A stretch of 64,000 nt of DNA from Octopus vulgaris (lineage: Eukaryota). Below, piece by piece: positions 1-13,174 of this stretch; position 1 is the stretch's first letter; every line of letters begins with the position of its first letter. The stretch lies in the NCBI GenBank assembly GCA_951406725.2, contig OX597821.1, positions 55,428,001 through 55,492,000 on the forward strand. Reading direction: 5' to 3'. Under the pieces are notes generated by a model. The model did not search any database, was not told the origin of the DNA, and saw only the letters and a list, made by a program, of their open reading frames with translations. The position numbers and the translations under genes were made by a program.

Positions 1-195
1 ATCCCAACAGCCGACCTGTTATGAATGATATATTCTAACCTACTGCTAATTACTTTTGCATTTCTTCTATAAAACTTGTCAAAGTAAGTGATTTATGTAG
101 AGCATAAAATTCTACTGATTTTAATTTGAGACCCTACATCTTGTATATTCTTTGCATTTGGGTATTTTTCCAGTTCCGTTCATGCAATGCTTTTG

Positions 196-199
196 AAAG

Positions 200-280
<81 letters not shown>

Positions 281-305
281 AAAAGAGAGAGAGAGAGAGA
301 GAGAT
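196..305 (+). repeat. (GAAA)n/(GA)n compound microsatellite
   Basis: Directly visible. Confidence 0.95.
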
Positions 306-395
306 TGCGACTACTATTAGATTTTGTTTATGTCCAGTTCTTGATTGTTATATCTGGTAATAATTGTATATTGTCTTCAGTTTTATATCTTCTTG

Positions 396-606
396 TGGGA
401 CAACGAGTTGACAGAATTATTGGCCTGCTTAGCGGCATTTCATCCGGCGTTACTTACTGAGTTAGAATTCCTCCGAGGTTGACCTTGCCTTTCATCTTTT
501 CGGAGTCGTTAACATAAGTACTTGTTGAGCACTGGGGTTTCTGTAATCGAGTAGCCCCAAATCCGAAACTTTCAAACCTGTGCTTATAGTAGAAAGAAAT
601 GATTAT
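396..606 (+). mobile_element. tRNA-derived SINE family 1 (diverged copy)
   Basis: Shares body GCCTTTCATCTTTTCGGAGTCG..ATAAGTAC..CACTGGGG with copies at 50584, 50809, 46485(-) and 61570(-). Confidence 0.8.
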
Positions 607-609
607 AAC

Positions 610-900
610 TATATACTACGTGCACAGTTTACTGTCGGTGCAATCATCATCTGCTATTTTTTGTGCTTATTTTTGCCTCAGCATTCAAGTCTCTGTTTTT
701 TGAATAGGAGGATTCAAACTATTGTTACTTTTCGAGCATACTTTGTCGTTGTAAGGTCTTGCCCAATCTTGGGCAGGTGTGATATTTCTTTGCACGTTCT
801 TTTCAATATATTTTGAAAAACTATATTAAAAGAGCAGTATCTTTCTGTTCATTCGTGTGCCTCTCTGTTTACTACTAGATCTAGTTCTAGTGATAGGCGA
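610..900 (-). mobile_element. Penelope-like GIY-YIG 3' remnant (heavily decayed)
   Basis: Minus strand gives WARPYNDKVC; a degenerate (C)TGATGA-TGCAC..GTGCA stem lies next to the SINE. Confidence 0.35.
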
Positions 901-2139
901 GAACAAAGATTTTACAGTCACAACGTAAGCCCGAGTGAAAGCTAAGAATAGCTCAACATTCTCCGGTTCAAAAACAGAAATTCATATACTTAGCCACAAA
1001 TAAGTACAAAAATAGTAAAAGATTATTACTGCAACGGTAAACTGCGCATGTACTATATAATTATAATCGTTTTATACTTCTATGCAATTTTTGGCCTAGA
1101 CAATTTTCGGTGTAAGTTTTAAAAAATTTTAACTGAGGGAAAGAAATCTCCACAACACCACTGAGGACCCAAAGTAGAATATGGACGCATTAGACCGGAT
1201 GACAGATTACACCTACCACCCGAGTAGGTCGTTGAGGGATTTGAAATCAGAAAGCGAAGACAGGGAACAAATACCATATAACTTATTGTCCATCACTATT
1301 TCAGTTTCGCTATTCCAGGCCCCTATATTTGTACTCTTTTATCCTGGGTGGATTTTGAACGCAGAGAATCGGTATTTACATATGCAATGAAAGTTAAAGT
1401 AAGGTGTGTATTTTATTTTTTGTCAAAGTTTTTTCTCTCACACGCCAGCGAAAATAAATAACCGTAAATATTTCAAGAAAGGAGAAAATAGATTTCATGA
1501 AACATTCAGTCAGTAGAGAATTTAAACGTATTTCAATTATTCAATTGCAGAGAACAACTAGATAATTAAGCCTTTCATAAATATGCATAATACTGAATAG
1601 AGAATTGTTTTTGAGTCAATGAAAAGCACAATGAATATAGCTTATTTCTTATTTATACGCCAGGAAAAATGGGCAAAAATTTCCTGCTACTCTAATTTGT
1701 ACAATATGTCGAATTGTGCTTGTTACATTGTTGAAGTTCGGATGGAGTACCCATTCCTCCTTCGAGTTCCTAATTCCGACATATCCCCTTATGATGTAAC
1801 TGGTCACCTTCTGTATGATGCTCAACTAGTTGTCAGATGACTCGCTGGTGTGTTACGGACATTTTCTCGATGTTTTGTTTATGGACGTATTATTTAAGTA
1901 AATGTAAATATTGAATAATTTATGTACCGAGTTCGTATAATATTTTAAAAATATGTTTTGAGTTTAACAATATGAAATGATTACTTATTAAACTTAAAAT
2001 AGAAAATTTCAGTAATTATACTCACTTAAAAGGCACCTAACATATCACTTAGTTTCCCGAAAATGAGAATAGAAAAAAAATTAACTTTCTAATGCTTTCA
2101 AAGACTTTGTATTTCAATTGACTATATTTTCTGTTAAAG

Positions 2140-2810
2140 GTTGCATTTCAGGTGGGCAAAAAATTTGCGTTACAAATTTTACCTTCTTGCTGTCAGCAAG
2201 GCAACAAATATCGAACAAGTTCATTTTGATTCTGTATTTTGCATTTCAAAAATTTCAGGCGTTTTTTTCTTATCTAAATTAATTTATGTATTAGTTTCCT
2301 GTTTGATTATGCTTTTCTTTACATGTAAATTCATTTTTCTTTATTGTACTTATCTTCTTGTATTGGCTTCCAGTTATACCAATACAATATATGATCGTCG
2401 CTCATGAATACAATACACAACTAAGAATTTACCATGCAGTATCGTTCTGTTAAGCCCCATCCTCCACTATGTGCGATTAAGAATACCCTACTTGTTTTTG
2501 TTGTTGTGTGTTTTAGTGATCTGATTAAATATTGTTTCAATGTATATCGTTTAATGTATCCCATACCCACCTTTATGAATACCGTTTCAAATTGACCAAT
2601 TTTGTAGGTATGACTGCATTTGTTTTTTTTTCTTTTTTACTATCGGGACGTATCTGGATTTGTGTCTATGCTTGAGAATGCAATTAAAGCCCCGCATATA
2701 TTTATATATGCGAAATTGTACGGGAAGTGTGATTTTATTGATTGCATTTTATCTAGAACGTTCAGATGTAAATTAATTGGTTTCATGCCCTGTTACTGAA
2801 CTTGAAAACA
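2140..2810 (-). mobile_element. Penelope-like GIY-YIG remnant
   Basis: Minus strand YCIGITGSQYKK matches the YIG.T...FK.R motif, followed by Cys-rich C..CL-like remains. Confidence 0.45.
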
Positions 2811-2986
2811 CCGCTGTATTCATGAGCGACGATCATATATTGTATTGGTATAACTGGAAGTTTTCTCCTTAGAAGCGAGACAGAGGTTAATTTCGTTAGG
2901 AGACGTTATTGTGAGAAAATTTATTTAAAACTAAAATTCTGTCACAAATGTCCAATCTGTACATTGCATCTTGTGTATGCGCGTTC

Positions 2987-3091
2987 TCCTCATCACTATC
3001 ATCGTGATCATCATCCCTACCACCATTAACACCACTATCACTCACCAAGACCACCCTCATCACCACAATCATCATCATCATCATCATCATC

Positions 3092-3135
<44 letters not shown>
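2987..3135 (+). repeat. (CAT)n microsatellite
   Basis: Directly visible; source of the poly-Met ORF. Confidence 0.95.
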
Positions 3136-3138
<3 letters not shown>

Positions 3139-3389
3139 TTTCATTAACAATTATCCTCACCGTCTTTCCGTCAATATCAGCAAAATGTATTCCATGTACA
3201 CAGTCACGTGTCATAATACCAAAAGTAAGTCACTTTTTACTAGATTAGGTCCTAAAATGTAGTGGTCCAGTTCTTTACGTCTATTTTTAATCCCGTAAAA
3301 TATAGCGTAGAATAATGTTGGCACTGAAACATCTCTTCTTGCTTTATATTATAACATTAAACAATTGAGTTGGGGTCTGAATGCACGAG

Positions 3390-4300
3390 TGAGCCGAGCA
3401 CTCATATGTTTCCAGTACCTGCGACAGGAACGACCAATTTATGGTGTCTAATGCCTTCTTGAAATTAACAAGGACCAAAAGCTATGTCTTGTTGTCTGCC
3501 ACATTTTCATTTGGACCTGACGCTAGCTAGTAATACACTATATCTATAGTGCCTCTTCTTCTGAAGCCATATTGAGTTTCAAGTTGATCTCCCGTGTACT
3601 TTTCCCTCTGCATATTGAGCAAAACACTTGTAAAGTTCTTCTCGAAGCAAAAAAGTTACTATAGACTTTCAAACACCATTCATTGGATCCTTCTTCTCAT
3701 AGGGATGATGCTAGCCTCTTTTCTGTCGTACGACACAACGGCAGTGAACCACATGATTCTCGTGTCAACTAGCTAAGATATCTCACATGTTTGGCGGGTC
3801 ATTTACAGCAACATCCCTAATTTGGTGTTTTACATTCATCAGGGACTACACTCGACCTGCTCTAGCGCATTGATTGTTTAGTGGAACTGCTCTGCAAAGT
3901 TGTAATGTAAGTGTCCATTCTCCTGGAATGGTGTTAATTTTTCAGCTGATCTTAGTTTCTACTGAGGTCCACGTGCATCCCTTAGTCCGGCAAAGAACTT
4001 CTGTACACCATTGAATCAGCAACGACATTCAGCTCTATCGTTTTGTTTCCACTAACCCCACTCTAACTTCGTATTGCAGTTTTATGACACAATCTCCGCC
4101 TGATTTCTCTAAATTTAACAGAGTGTTAGGGACCGGGAACGAAACTTCTGGTACTTGATTGTGTTGTTCTAACGCTGAATCAATAGTAATATCTTTGAAA
4201 TCAAACCAATCTTTATGTCTTCTTGTTTCCAAAGCACTGTTAAGTAAAGTGAAGACCATTTTGCATCCATACTTCCTGGCTCTCTCCGTTTTCCCCACTA
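3390..4300 (-). mobile_element. RTE-clade LINE fragment (pseudogenised RT)
   Basis: Minus strand RRHKDWFD, LETQYGFRRRGTID, RQVQ..C and VNFKKALDTINW correspond to RTE pre-RT and RT domains 2-3, with frameshifts. Confidence 0.8.
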
Positions 4301-6145
4301 TTACAGAGCCCTAATAATATCATTCTGAAGAAAAACTGTTACATTATTATCCGCTGTTATTTTAAAGGGTATGGGGATTTTATCTTGTTCCAATGATGGT
4401 CTGTGCTAATGCTATTCCCTCTCATCATCTAAGTTATGTGTACACGCCTTCTGTCTTGGTTCCAAGATATTATGTAGTTTAGGAAGTGCCAGTATTTTGA
4501 TCACACAGGTATCCAAGTATTTTTTCTTTCTCCTTGAAGATGTTGATAATGGTAAAGTAAATCAGAAAAAGATCTATAAGTGATTTGCAACTCCTTATAA
4601 ACTGTTTTTCAATAACATCAAACTTCTTTGTTTCTCGTCCGACGTGAATATTAAAAATGCTCATTACTATCGAAGAGGTACAATGTTTATGCCATTTATA
4701 GGGTATAATAAAAGTTCACTTATACACAAAACTTTGATCATTCTAGGGTCATAAGAGTTGGTCTCGTTGAGAGAACATCCCTTGCCCGCGAAACGTCTCA
4801 TACTTATGATCTTGTTTTAAATTGCAGTTGCTTCCTGCTTCTGTTGCATATAATGGATATACATACATATATGCATATGTGTGTGCCTGTGTGAATGTAT
4901 GCATATATATTTGTGTATGTACGTATGTATGCATCTATAGATGTACGTATGCATGCATGCATGTATGAATGTATGAATATATTTATGTGTGTTTGTAGGC
5001 ATACAAATGTGTGTAATGCTATTGGCATATCCCTACTTATATTTTATCTACATTGACATTGTAATGAATCTTATAATCGCTAAATGCTTTTAAAATATCA
5101 CCACTTCTATTTGCTTTTCAGAGATTATTTACATGTATTTCAAATTAAAATATATTATAAGAAAATGCAATAAATTTCTAAATTTGCTGATTTAGTATAT
5201 GGTGAAGCAAAAGAAATATATACAGTTCCTGTATCTTTCAACATAAGTGAACTCCTCCATAAACATGTAACCTTTTGAAAGTTGTACGAATGCTATATCT
5301 ATTAGAGCAGAATAAAGCAAACATATGTATAATACAACAGAATATAAAAAGAGTTAATTTTTCTCTATTGAAAAGAATTGCTCCTAAATTTATTTCGTAG
5401 ACCACTCAAGACATAAATGTATGAAATATCAGATATATACAGTGAATATTAGATTTTAAACTCCTTTCAACAGTATATATCTAAAGTCTTTCGTAACAGC
5501 TCGTTGTATTTCCTATATATTCCAATTGTGAAGTTGTTTCAAAATATTAAAATCAATGTTTCAATCAAAAATACCTTCGGTAGAATGTACGACAAGAAAA
5601 TATGCATCGCAAATCAATTATTGAAAAATTAATTTAAATAGATTCAATCTAATATTTTTTCTGTTTCCTCAATACAAAGAATTATTCTCAAATATTTTTG
5701 ATAGATTTACAGTTCGTTGCGATTATATCCGAGGATTGAATCATGAAATTTGGAAAATATTATCCAATTTCTGTATAGTTTATGACTACATCTTTGGATG
5801 GCCTCTTAATGTTTCGACGGTATATCCTCAGGAAATAAGTAATGAAGGTTTAAGAATTTATTGTATAGGAATATTTTCGTTGCAGACAACAACGCAAAGA
5901 ATTACATATAGTTTCCCTCATAAATGATTTGGGAATATATCACATGGAGATATTATGCAGGTGTGGTGGCCAAAAGCAAGGATTTCGAAACATGTGTATG
6001 ATTCTGGCCGTATCAAAGTTGAAAAAAAACTGAAACACCGCTTATTATAAATATCGATCCACTTCCGGTCAAAGATAGAAATATTATCTCAATTTATACG
6101 GTCTAATTTTGAGCATTACACAATATATATACTGATACACACAGA

Positions 6146-7719
6146 CACTGCGTTTCAAATTATTAACGAGTTTAAATTTATTTTCTTTATTGAAAAAAAT
6201 TGCTCGTTGAAATTCAACACAGTTTTCACAGAATAATCGCAACAGTTACATGCGCGTGGTGTGTAAAAAATGTGAGGTTCCGTAAAATAAAACAGGCACT
6301 ACGGCCATTTACCCATTATTTACTTTCACTGTTCTAAATTATTAACGAGGTGTAATTAAAACTCATCTAAACAAGAAAATAACAACTTTATTGTTTGATG
6401 ACATATTGAAATGAACACATACAGTCATAAACAAGGAATAAATAGAAATAAACAAATAAACTGCGTTCAAAAATAATAGGTGAGCTGTTTAATGAGGGAT
6501 ATATGAGCTTTCGTTTGCAATAAGTTGGAAAAGTCGCTAACCCATGGAACATGCTAATTTCTAGATCTCCTCTGATATCATACCATTATATACATCTACT
6601 ATTGCCAGAAAAAAGTTCATCCTTGCTCCTAAATTGGTGACCATTCTCGTAAATTCGTCGCTTTAGAATGCTCCACAAGTTTTCTATTGGATTTAAGTTT
6701 TTGGGACAGGCAGGCCACTTCAGGTAGGCGAGGTTCACAGAAGTCTAATTGTTGCAGATGTTTTGTAGGATTCTTCGTTGAGTGCAAGGGCGCATTTTCT
6801 TGCATGAATAATATGGTTGTCTTGATGGTGATCCTTAACTTTTTAAACCAAGTTTCAAAGTGCTCCCTCAGAAAGGTTATATAAGCATCCATAGTCGTTT
6901 TAGCACCGTCAGGGACTTTCCAAGGACCAACCACAATACCTCCTATAATACCTACCCAAATCATGATGCCTCCTACCTCTTGTTGGTGCCTCAAGCATCG
7001 ATGACGATCTCATCCATTTACAACCGATCCCTTGCTCCAACCATCAGGTCCATCAAGGGTAGTACCAGTTTCGTCCGTAAACAAAACTTTGAAAAGTCGA
7101 CCATTACGTTATCTTCTACCCATTTCAGAGGATTTTGAACGTGTATTTTATTTAAAGGAGGCCTCTTTACTGATGTCACTGGTTTACGGACCTTTTTCAC
7201 ATGACGACAACGAGTTGTTTCGCCAATGCAGTTGAAATGTTCTCCACTTGTAAGGCCTGGGTTCTTTACAGCTCTACGCTTAATTCGTGAAATAAGAACG
7301 TTGAGAATCAGTCCTCGGCATGCCATTTTCAGCTCTCTTACATATCTTCAAAGGAGCAGTAAGAATTTATTTTTCACAATGTGGTGATATCATGCAATTA
7401 TTTTAGATATTTCTAATGTTGATTTACCTTTTGAAAGTTCAGAAGTGATAACAGATTTCTCTGAAGCAGTTAAATCACATTTACGACCTACACGATTATC
7501 AGACCATTCGTTAATAATTTGGAACACTGAGAATTCGTGGAAATCACGCAAATGGCCATGGTTTGTTTCCACTTGCGTACACTCTCACGCTTTTCACATA
7601 TCACGCGCATAGAATTGTTGCCATCACCCTGTGGAAATTTCATTCATTTCCAACGAGTAGTTTTTAAACAAAAATTGTAAATGTAAAATGTTACGTCACT
7701 GATAATTTGAAACGCAATA
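6146..7719 (-). mobile_element. Tc1-like DNA transposon, defective, with ~205-bp IR/DR-type terminal inverted repeats
   Basis: Transposase fragments GRKCDLTASEK, VKRPPLNKIH and GGIMIWVGI..LFMQENAPLH; TIRs 6146-6349 and 7508-7719, each with outer and inner AAATTATTAACGA-like repeats. Confidence 0.9.
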
Positions 7720-8109
7720 CATATATATATATATATATTAAATGTATAATGTATGTATGTATGTATGTATGTATACATCATCGGAACCCAAAACTTCGAA
7801 GCCACACGAAAGGAAAAACAAGAAATCGAATTATAGGAGAGAAAGGCTTGACATAATCAACCTGTTCCGCCACCAATATTGCCATACGAAAATTGGTCTA
7901 CTTACTCATCAACACCATCACCATAAAGGAAGCGTTCAGCAAAGAAGAAACTATATTCTTGGATAGGAGATAAAGCCGCCGACGACTACGATGTGTGTGT
8001 GTGTGTGTGTGTGTGTATTTAAATTTTGCTGATTCACCAGAAGCGATACATTACATGATTCAGTAAAAATATAAATAATGACTATTCTTTAATACATTAT
8101 AGAGAAATG

Positions 8110-8900
8110 CTCCGATTTCCAGTTCTCAGATTTGCTCGTTTCCGATCATCAGCTGGTAAGTCGAGACTGGCTTTCTTTTGGATATGCACTCTCTGAATAC
8201 TTTTTTAAATATAAGTTCGAAGAGGACACTGTTCTTTCGTTTAAATACCTTTCTGAATGACACGCGCATAAACACATGCTCCAACATCACCCTTTTGGTT
8301 TCATATCTGTTTCTCATGGCAATATTAATGTAAACGTTATAAACTCCATACAATCGAAGTCATAAAATTGCGTGGTTTTTCAAGCAATGTTCCAAAATAA
8401 TACTGATGAATGTTTTTAACTAATACTTTTAATCAATGTTTTTTTTTTAAACAATGAGTTGTACTGCACCCATAAAATCATCTTCCGATGAATATACTTT
8501 TATGTGTACAGCTGGGTATTATAATGAGTTGCTTAAATCAATGGATCCTATGATAAATTTAAATATATAAAAACCACTGGGAATACGCAGCATGAGATGA
8601 GGTAAGGGTTATAACTAAGATAAATGAGGAGGCATAGATCTATATAACACTTCAAGTTCTTCTGAGTTGTTGGAATGAATGAAAATTATCTTCAGATAGA
8701 TATCCGACCGGATTTCTTGCAGTACAATAGACTAAATTAAAGCAGTCAACAATTTATCTTACCCATGGAAGAACAGTAACAAGTCGCACTGCAAGATTGC
8801 CTGTATTTTATAAACATTTGCCTAAAGAACTGCGCTGTGAGAAAAAAACTTTGAAATATCTGATTGCCAAAAGAGCTTAATTATACTGTTCGGCGTACTT
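8110..8900 (-). mobile_element. Penelope-like remnant with degenerate hammerhead core
   Basis: Minus CWSMCLC..YLNERT resembles C..CL..LN.R.E; CTGATGA-TCGGA..TCTGA-GAAC at 8152-8122. Confidence 0.4.
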
Positions 8901-8944
8901 CTATGTTGTAATATTCTGTCATGTGAGGATATTCTCTGCAATCA

Positions 8945-9717
8945 TCAGTCCAGTCCCCTTCCTGTGGCCCAGGATCGGTTTACTAAAAGTCTGGTGTACT
9001 GCATGCACACAACCAGGTTCTGGTTTTCCGTCAATTCCTTGTCGTCGTCAGCCCACAAACGACTTTGATGGTCTCTTGATCGCTCTCGCTCCACAGTTCT
9101 CCTTTGGAGGGTTTCAAGCAGTAATACATGGCACATTGTATGTCCAATATATGACAGCATTGATTCTTGAAAATAGTGTCTTTGAACTTTTGTCTTTTGT
9201 AGTACCATAGCGTTTGTTACTATCTTTCCAGCTTATCATGCACAGAATGCGAAAGATTCACATCTTTTCTTTTCCATTGCTGTGTACATTTTCTGTCTTA
9301 TAGATACACTAGATAAAAGATAACAATTTAGTAGCCTCAATTTTCGGTGCAATGTTATATCGTTTCATGCGAAGGTTTTTTTCATTCTTACTAAATGATA
9401 TTTTAACATTCTTTATTCTTCGAGTAACTTCTACACAGCGACCTTACTGATTTATTAATTGTGTTACATACTTGAAGATTTTACTTGTTCCAACTTCTCA
9501 TAATCTACCTTTACTTCCTTTTGTACTCTCATACTAATAACCATTGTCTTAGACATTTGCTCTTTTACAATATCAACCATTTCTGATAATTTTCCATTGC
9601 TGTCTGCCAATAACGCTGTATCATCGGCATATTTTATATTATTTATATTCGTGTCATTGACAGTGAGTCCTATGATTTCATTTCACTCTCTGAATATCTA
9701 CTCTATATATTTATTAC
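8945..9717 (-). mobile_element. RTE LINE 3' portion
   Basis: Minus strand NINNIKYADDTALLA (YADD) and C-terminal LSYIGHTM..RSRDHQSRLWADD. Confidence 0.85.
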
Positions 9718-9721
9718 TCGT

Positions 9722-10395
9722 ATGAAACAACACAAGCTCAACGAGTGCTCTGACTTCAGGTCTATCAGTCTAATGTCTCATGCTGTTAAAATAGTTCTGG
9801 ATGTCATTACAAGGAACAATAAAATCGAAATATATGCAGAAGTCAGTGAGGAGTATTTTGGTTTCAGAGGCAACAGAGGTACAAAAGATGTGATATCCTG
9901 CTCCAATATTCAATCACAAGAGCGAATGCACGTGCAGAAATATATATTTGCTTGCTTCGTAGATTAGCTTGCTTCGAGGTATTTCAGTTTGTACTCCACA
10001 GAGCTCATCAGGAAAAAGCCGCCTTTGACGGAAAGAACACCAGAGTCAATGGTAGGTCATACTGGAACCAAAAGGTAACCATCAAAATAGATCAAGTGTT
10101 GTTTAAACCAAAAGAATGTGAGGCAAGGATATTGGCAGAGCTGTCTTAAGCCATGGGTACACTGCGAAGTTGCCCAGGAGCCTTACAGGCCTAGGAGCCT
10201 AATTCTAATCTATGCATGATGTGACTTGCTGTCTATAGGTCCCCGGAACACTGATTTGCCCGGCTTCTATATTCTATTAAGACGGTCCTGGATCTGTTTA
10301 ATATCTATATCAGGTAGATATTCTCTGTAATACTTATCAGGGAAAAACTGCTGAGCATGGATTGTACATGGAAAGCGTACTGGAGATAGCCGAAA
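9722..10395 (+). mobile_element. RTE LINE fragment (RT domains 1-4), interrupted by a MITE
   Basis: ECSDFRSISLMSHAVK, EYFGFRGNRGT, FACFVD, YWNQK, then VRQG / DLFNIY split by the MITE. Confidence 0.85.
10136..10290. mobile_element. MITE with 14-bp TIRs (CAG-start, hAT-like)
   Basis: CAGAGCTGTCTTAA ... TTAAGACGGTCCTG; interrupts the RTE reading frame; no clean TSD. Confidence 0.65.
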
Positions 10396-11526
10396 CAAAA
10401 AAAAAAAACAATACAAAATTTATGTAAACAGCCTTCCATAGAAAAAAATATTATTCTATTTTTCTACCGTTGCTACATGGACTCTATTTCTCTAAGCGGG
10501 TCGAACATATAATTTTCGTATAAGTATATAAAGCTGCAGAAGGCACGCTACTTAATTTGTGCTTTAGACATCCCCACCCATGAATATTTTCTTTACTAAC
10601 AGACCTGACAAAAAACCTAAAACAAAATTCTACCTGGTTACTCGAATTCACAAATTTAATATTTTTTTTTTATAAGATTTACAGTGTCAATTTTCCGAAA
10701 TGTACATAAGAAAAAAAATACTATGAAATACGTTGTTATTTCTCCTTATTCACGCCTTCTGATAAATACGAACATTATACTGCTAAAGTGATTTGATCAT
10801 TATGCTGTTATAGGTGATTTGATCAGAGAGAGAAAGATAAATATAAATGGCTTCTCTTGGCGGTGTTAATGTTTATCTTCGCTTCAGTAGAATCTCAACT
10901 TAACATGTTTTCCCCCTCACATTTCAAATTGATGTAAAAATTGATGTAAATTATTAGCTATGTAAAACTAAAACTATAAAGCTCGGAGATATTTATCTGA
11001 ATGATGGTTGTAAACGATCTTAGCGTGCGGCTCTAATTTACTTTGCCGCTCAATAGAATAATGATGTTTAATATTTTATTTACACTAACCTCTTTTATGG
11101 ACGTCACCTAGCCAAAATATCTATCGATTTCTCATTATTTCTTTTTCTCCTTTATTTTTTTGGACAATATTGGAAAAATCTTATCTTAATTTATAGCCTG
11201 TTTTTTCAACGCTGAGATACTTATTTTGCTTGTTGTAGTAGAGCAAACGTGTTAGAGGAGAGGTTATTTCTGGAAACAGAGGCAGCGATATGGATTCAAT
11301 TCTGTTTGACTTCAAATAGTACCGCCAATTTCCCCCAGAAATTGCTTTTCACCCATTAACTTTTCCTTTGACTCTGGAACTAAGGTAGGTAAATTTTTGT
11401 TGTTGTTGTCGTTGCAGATGTCATTCCTGATGTGACGTCAATGATGTTCCTGTTGCAGTTACTTTTTCTCATTTTTCTTTCCGTAACATAACTTATCTTA
11501 TTCTTCCTTTTTCTGTCAACTTTTTC

Positions 11527-11647
11527 CCCTTCTTCTTCTTCTTCTTCTTCTTCTTCTTCTTCTTCTTCTTCTTCTTCTTCTTCTTCTTCTTCTTCTTCTT
11601 CTGCCTCCTCCTCCTCCTCCTCCTCCTCTTCTTCTTCTTCTTCATTT

Positions 11648-11705
<58 letters not shown>

Positions 11706-11715
11706 TATTATTATT

Positions 11716-11802
<87 letters not shown>
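11527..11802 (+). repeat. Compound (CTT)(CCT)(ATT)(GTT)(ATT) microsatellite
   Basis: Directly visible; forms the 3' flank/tail of the adjacent REL element. Confidence 0.95.
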
Positions 11803-13144
11803 TCTTCGTAGCACACTGTAGGTAAAAATGCACCGGAGTATTTAGTCATCTAGCAAGTCACAGCAAGGACCTCAGACAGATAATAATTTCATTAAGATGT
11901 GCGCTGTGCCCAATAAGGCTGGTTTTTTTTGCAAAATATCAATCTTGCAAGGGATTTCCACTTGCCTTAAAAGGTTTTGAAGTATCAATGTCATTGAGCT
12001 CAACGCTCCGATAACCACTGCTATCACTTTTACACTACCTTCTCGCATCCCATACACTCTTGCCATTTCTACTTTCAATTCGGAGTACTTGGTGATTTTT
12101 TAAACTTCTTTACTCGCAACATTCATGTCATTTGGTATGGCTACATCAATGATCTGACAGCATTTGTCTCTCTTATTCAATATGACAATATCCGGCCGAC
12201 GGTGTTCGATTACACAATCCGTCTGAAAATCACAGTCCCAGAGTATCGTTACTTTTCTATTCTCCTGCGTATCTTTACTAGGTACATGCTCATACCAGTT
12301 CTCTGTTAATTCATATTGGTATTTACGGCATAAGAGCCAATGAAGATACACATTTTATCATGGTGGCGTTTGCATTCTTTTTTGTGGAAGGCTATCACAT
12401 CCACTTACTAAGTGGGTCACATTTTCCGCACTCTTTCTCCTGAGTCTGCATTTCTGGGTGTCAGAAGTTTTATAGATGTTATACTTCAATGAGCTGGTGG
12501 CGAGAGCCTGGTCTTGTGCAGCAATGATCAGGCTTTCGGTGGTATGCTTCAAATCACCTCGCTCAGACCATGCCCACGATGCTGTATTATTCTTAACGTG
12601 TTGTGTATTCCTTTCAAACTGTCCATACATTCTCAGTTCAAGAAGGTCTTCTTTTGTCTCATCATTTTTTCTGCATTTACACCCATATGTTAAGCAGCAT
12701 ATTGCATCAGGTCTTCATCACTATTTATCAAATACTCGCCATGCGTTCTCCTTTCACTCTTTATAGAATGGTCTGTACTAATTAGACCTCTGTCACCATT
12801 CTTTCTTTTCATATACAGTCTGTTTACGTTTGCTTTATGGTGTAGTGCCTCATGCAGCGTCATTAACTTTGTCGTCCTTCTATCCAGTGTTGATATTTCC
12901 TCCTTAGTCCATTTGAGGATCGACGCACTATATCTGACCACCGAAACTGCCCAGAAATTCATTGCAGTAATCAAATCTTTGCCGCTCATGTTGGATTTCA
13001 ACATCATCTTCACCTTTTTTGATACGCCTCGCTGATCTTGACTTTCATTTCATCCAGCTCCAAAATACCTAAATATCTATACCCACTACCGTCGGGTTCA
13101 CCCATAGCCTCTCCTGATGGTAACTGCAATCCTCTGCAGGCTGC
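11803..13144 (-). mobile_element. REL-endonuclease non-LTR retrotransposon (R4/Dong-like), 5'-truncated
   Basis: RLYMKRKNG.RGL, LKHTTESLIIAAQDQAL, CCHC remnant, HRRPDIV..IIDVAIP (PD..D), VIGAL; TAA-type repeats on both flanks. Confidence 0.9.
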
Positions 13145-13174
13145 TTATTATTAATGTTGTTGTTGTTGTTGTTA

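Noticed and set aside
84-173. GTAAGT donor and TTTTTCCAG acceptor as a host intron
   Set aside because: All three upstream frames contain stops and the downstream sequence runs into a microsatellite; no supporting exon.
11380-11849. Poly-N/E and poly-I/K ORFs (and all similar poly-I, YI, HT, L/S, M ORFs in the window)
   Set aside because: Translations of microsatellites that lack stop codons; no coding evidence.
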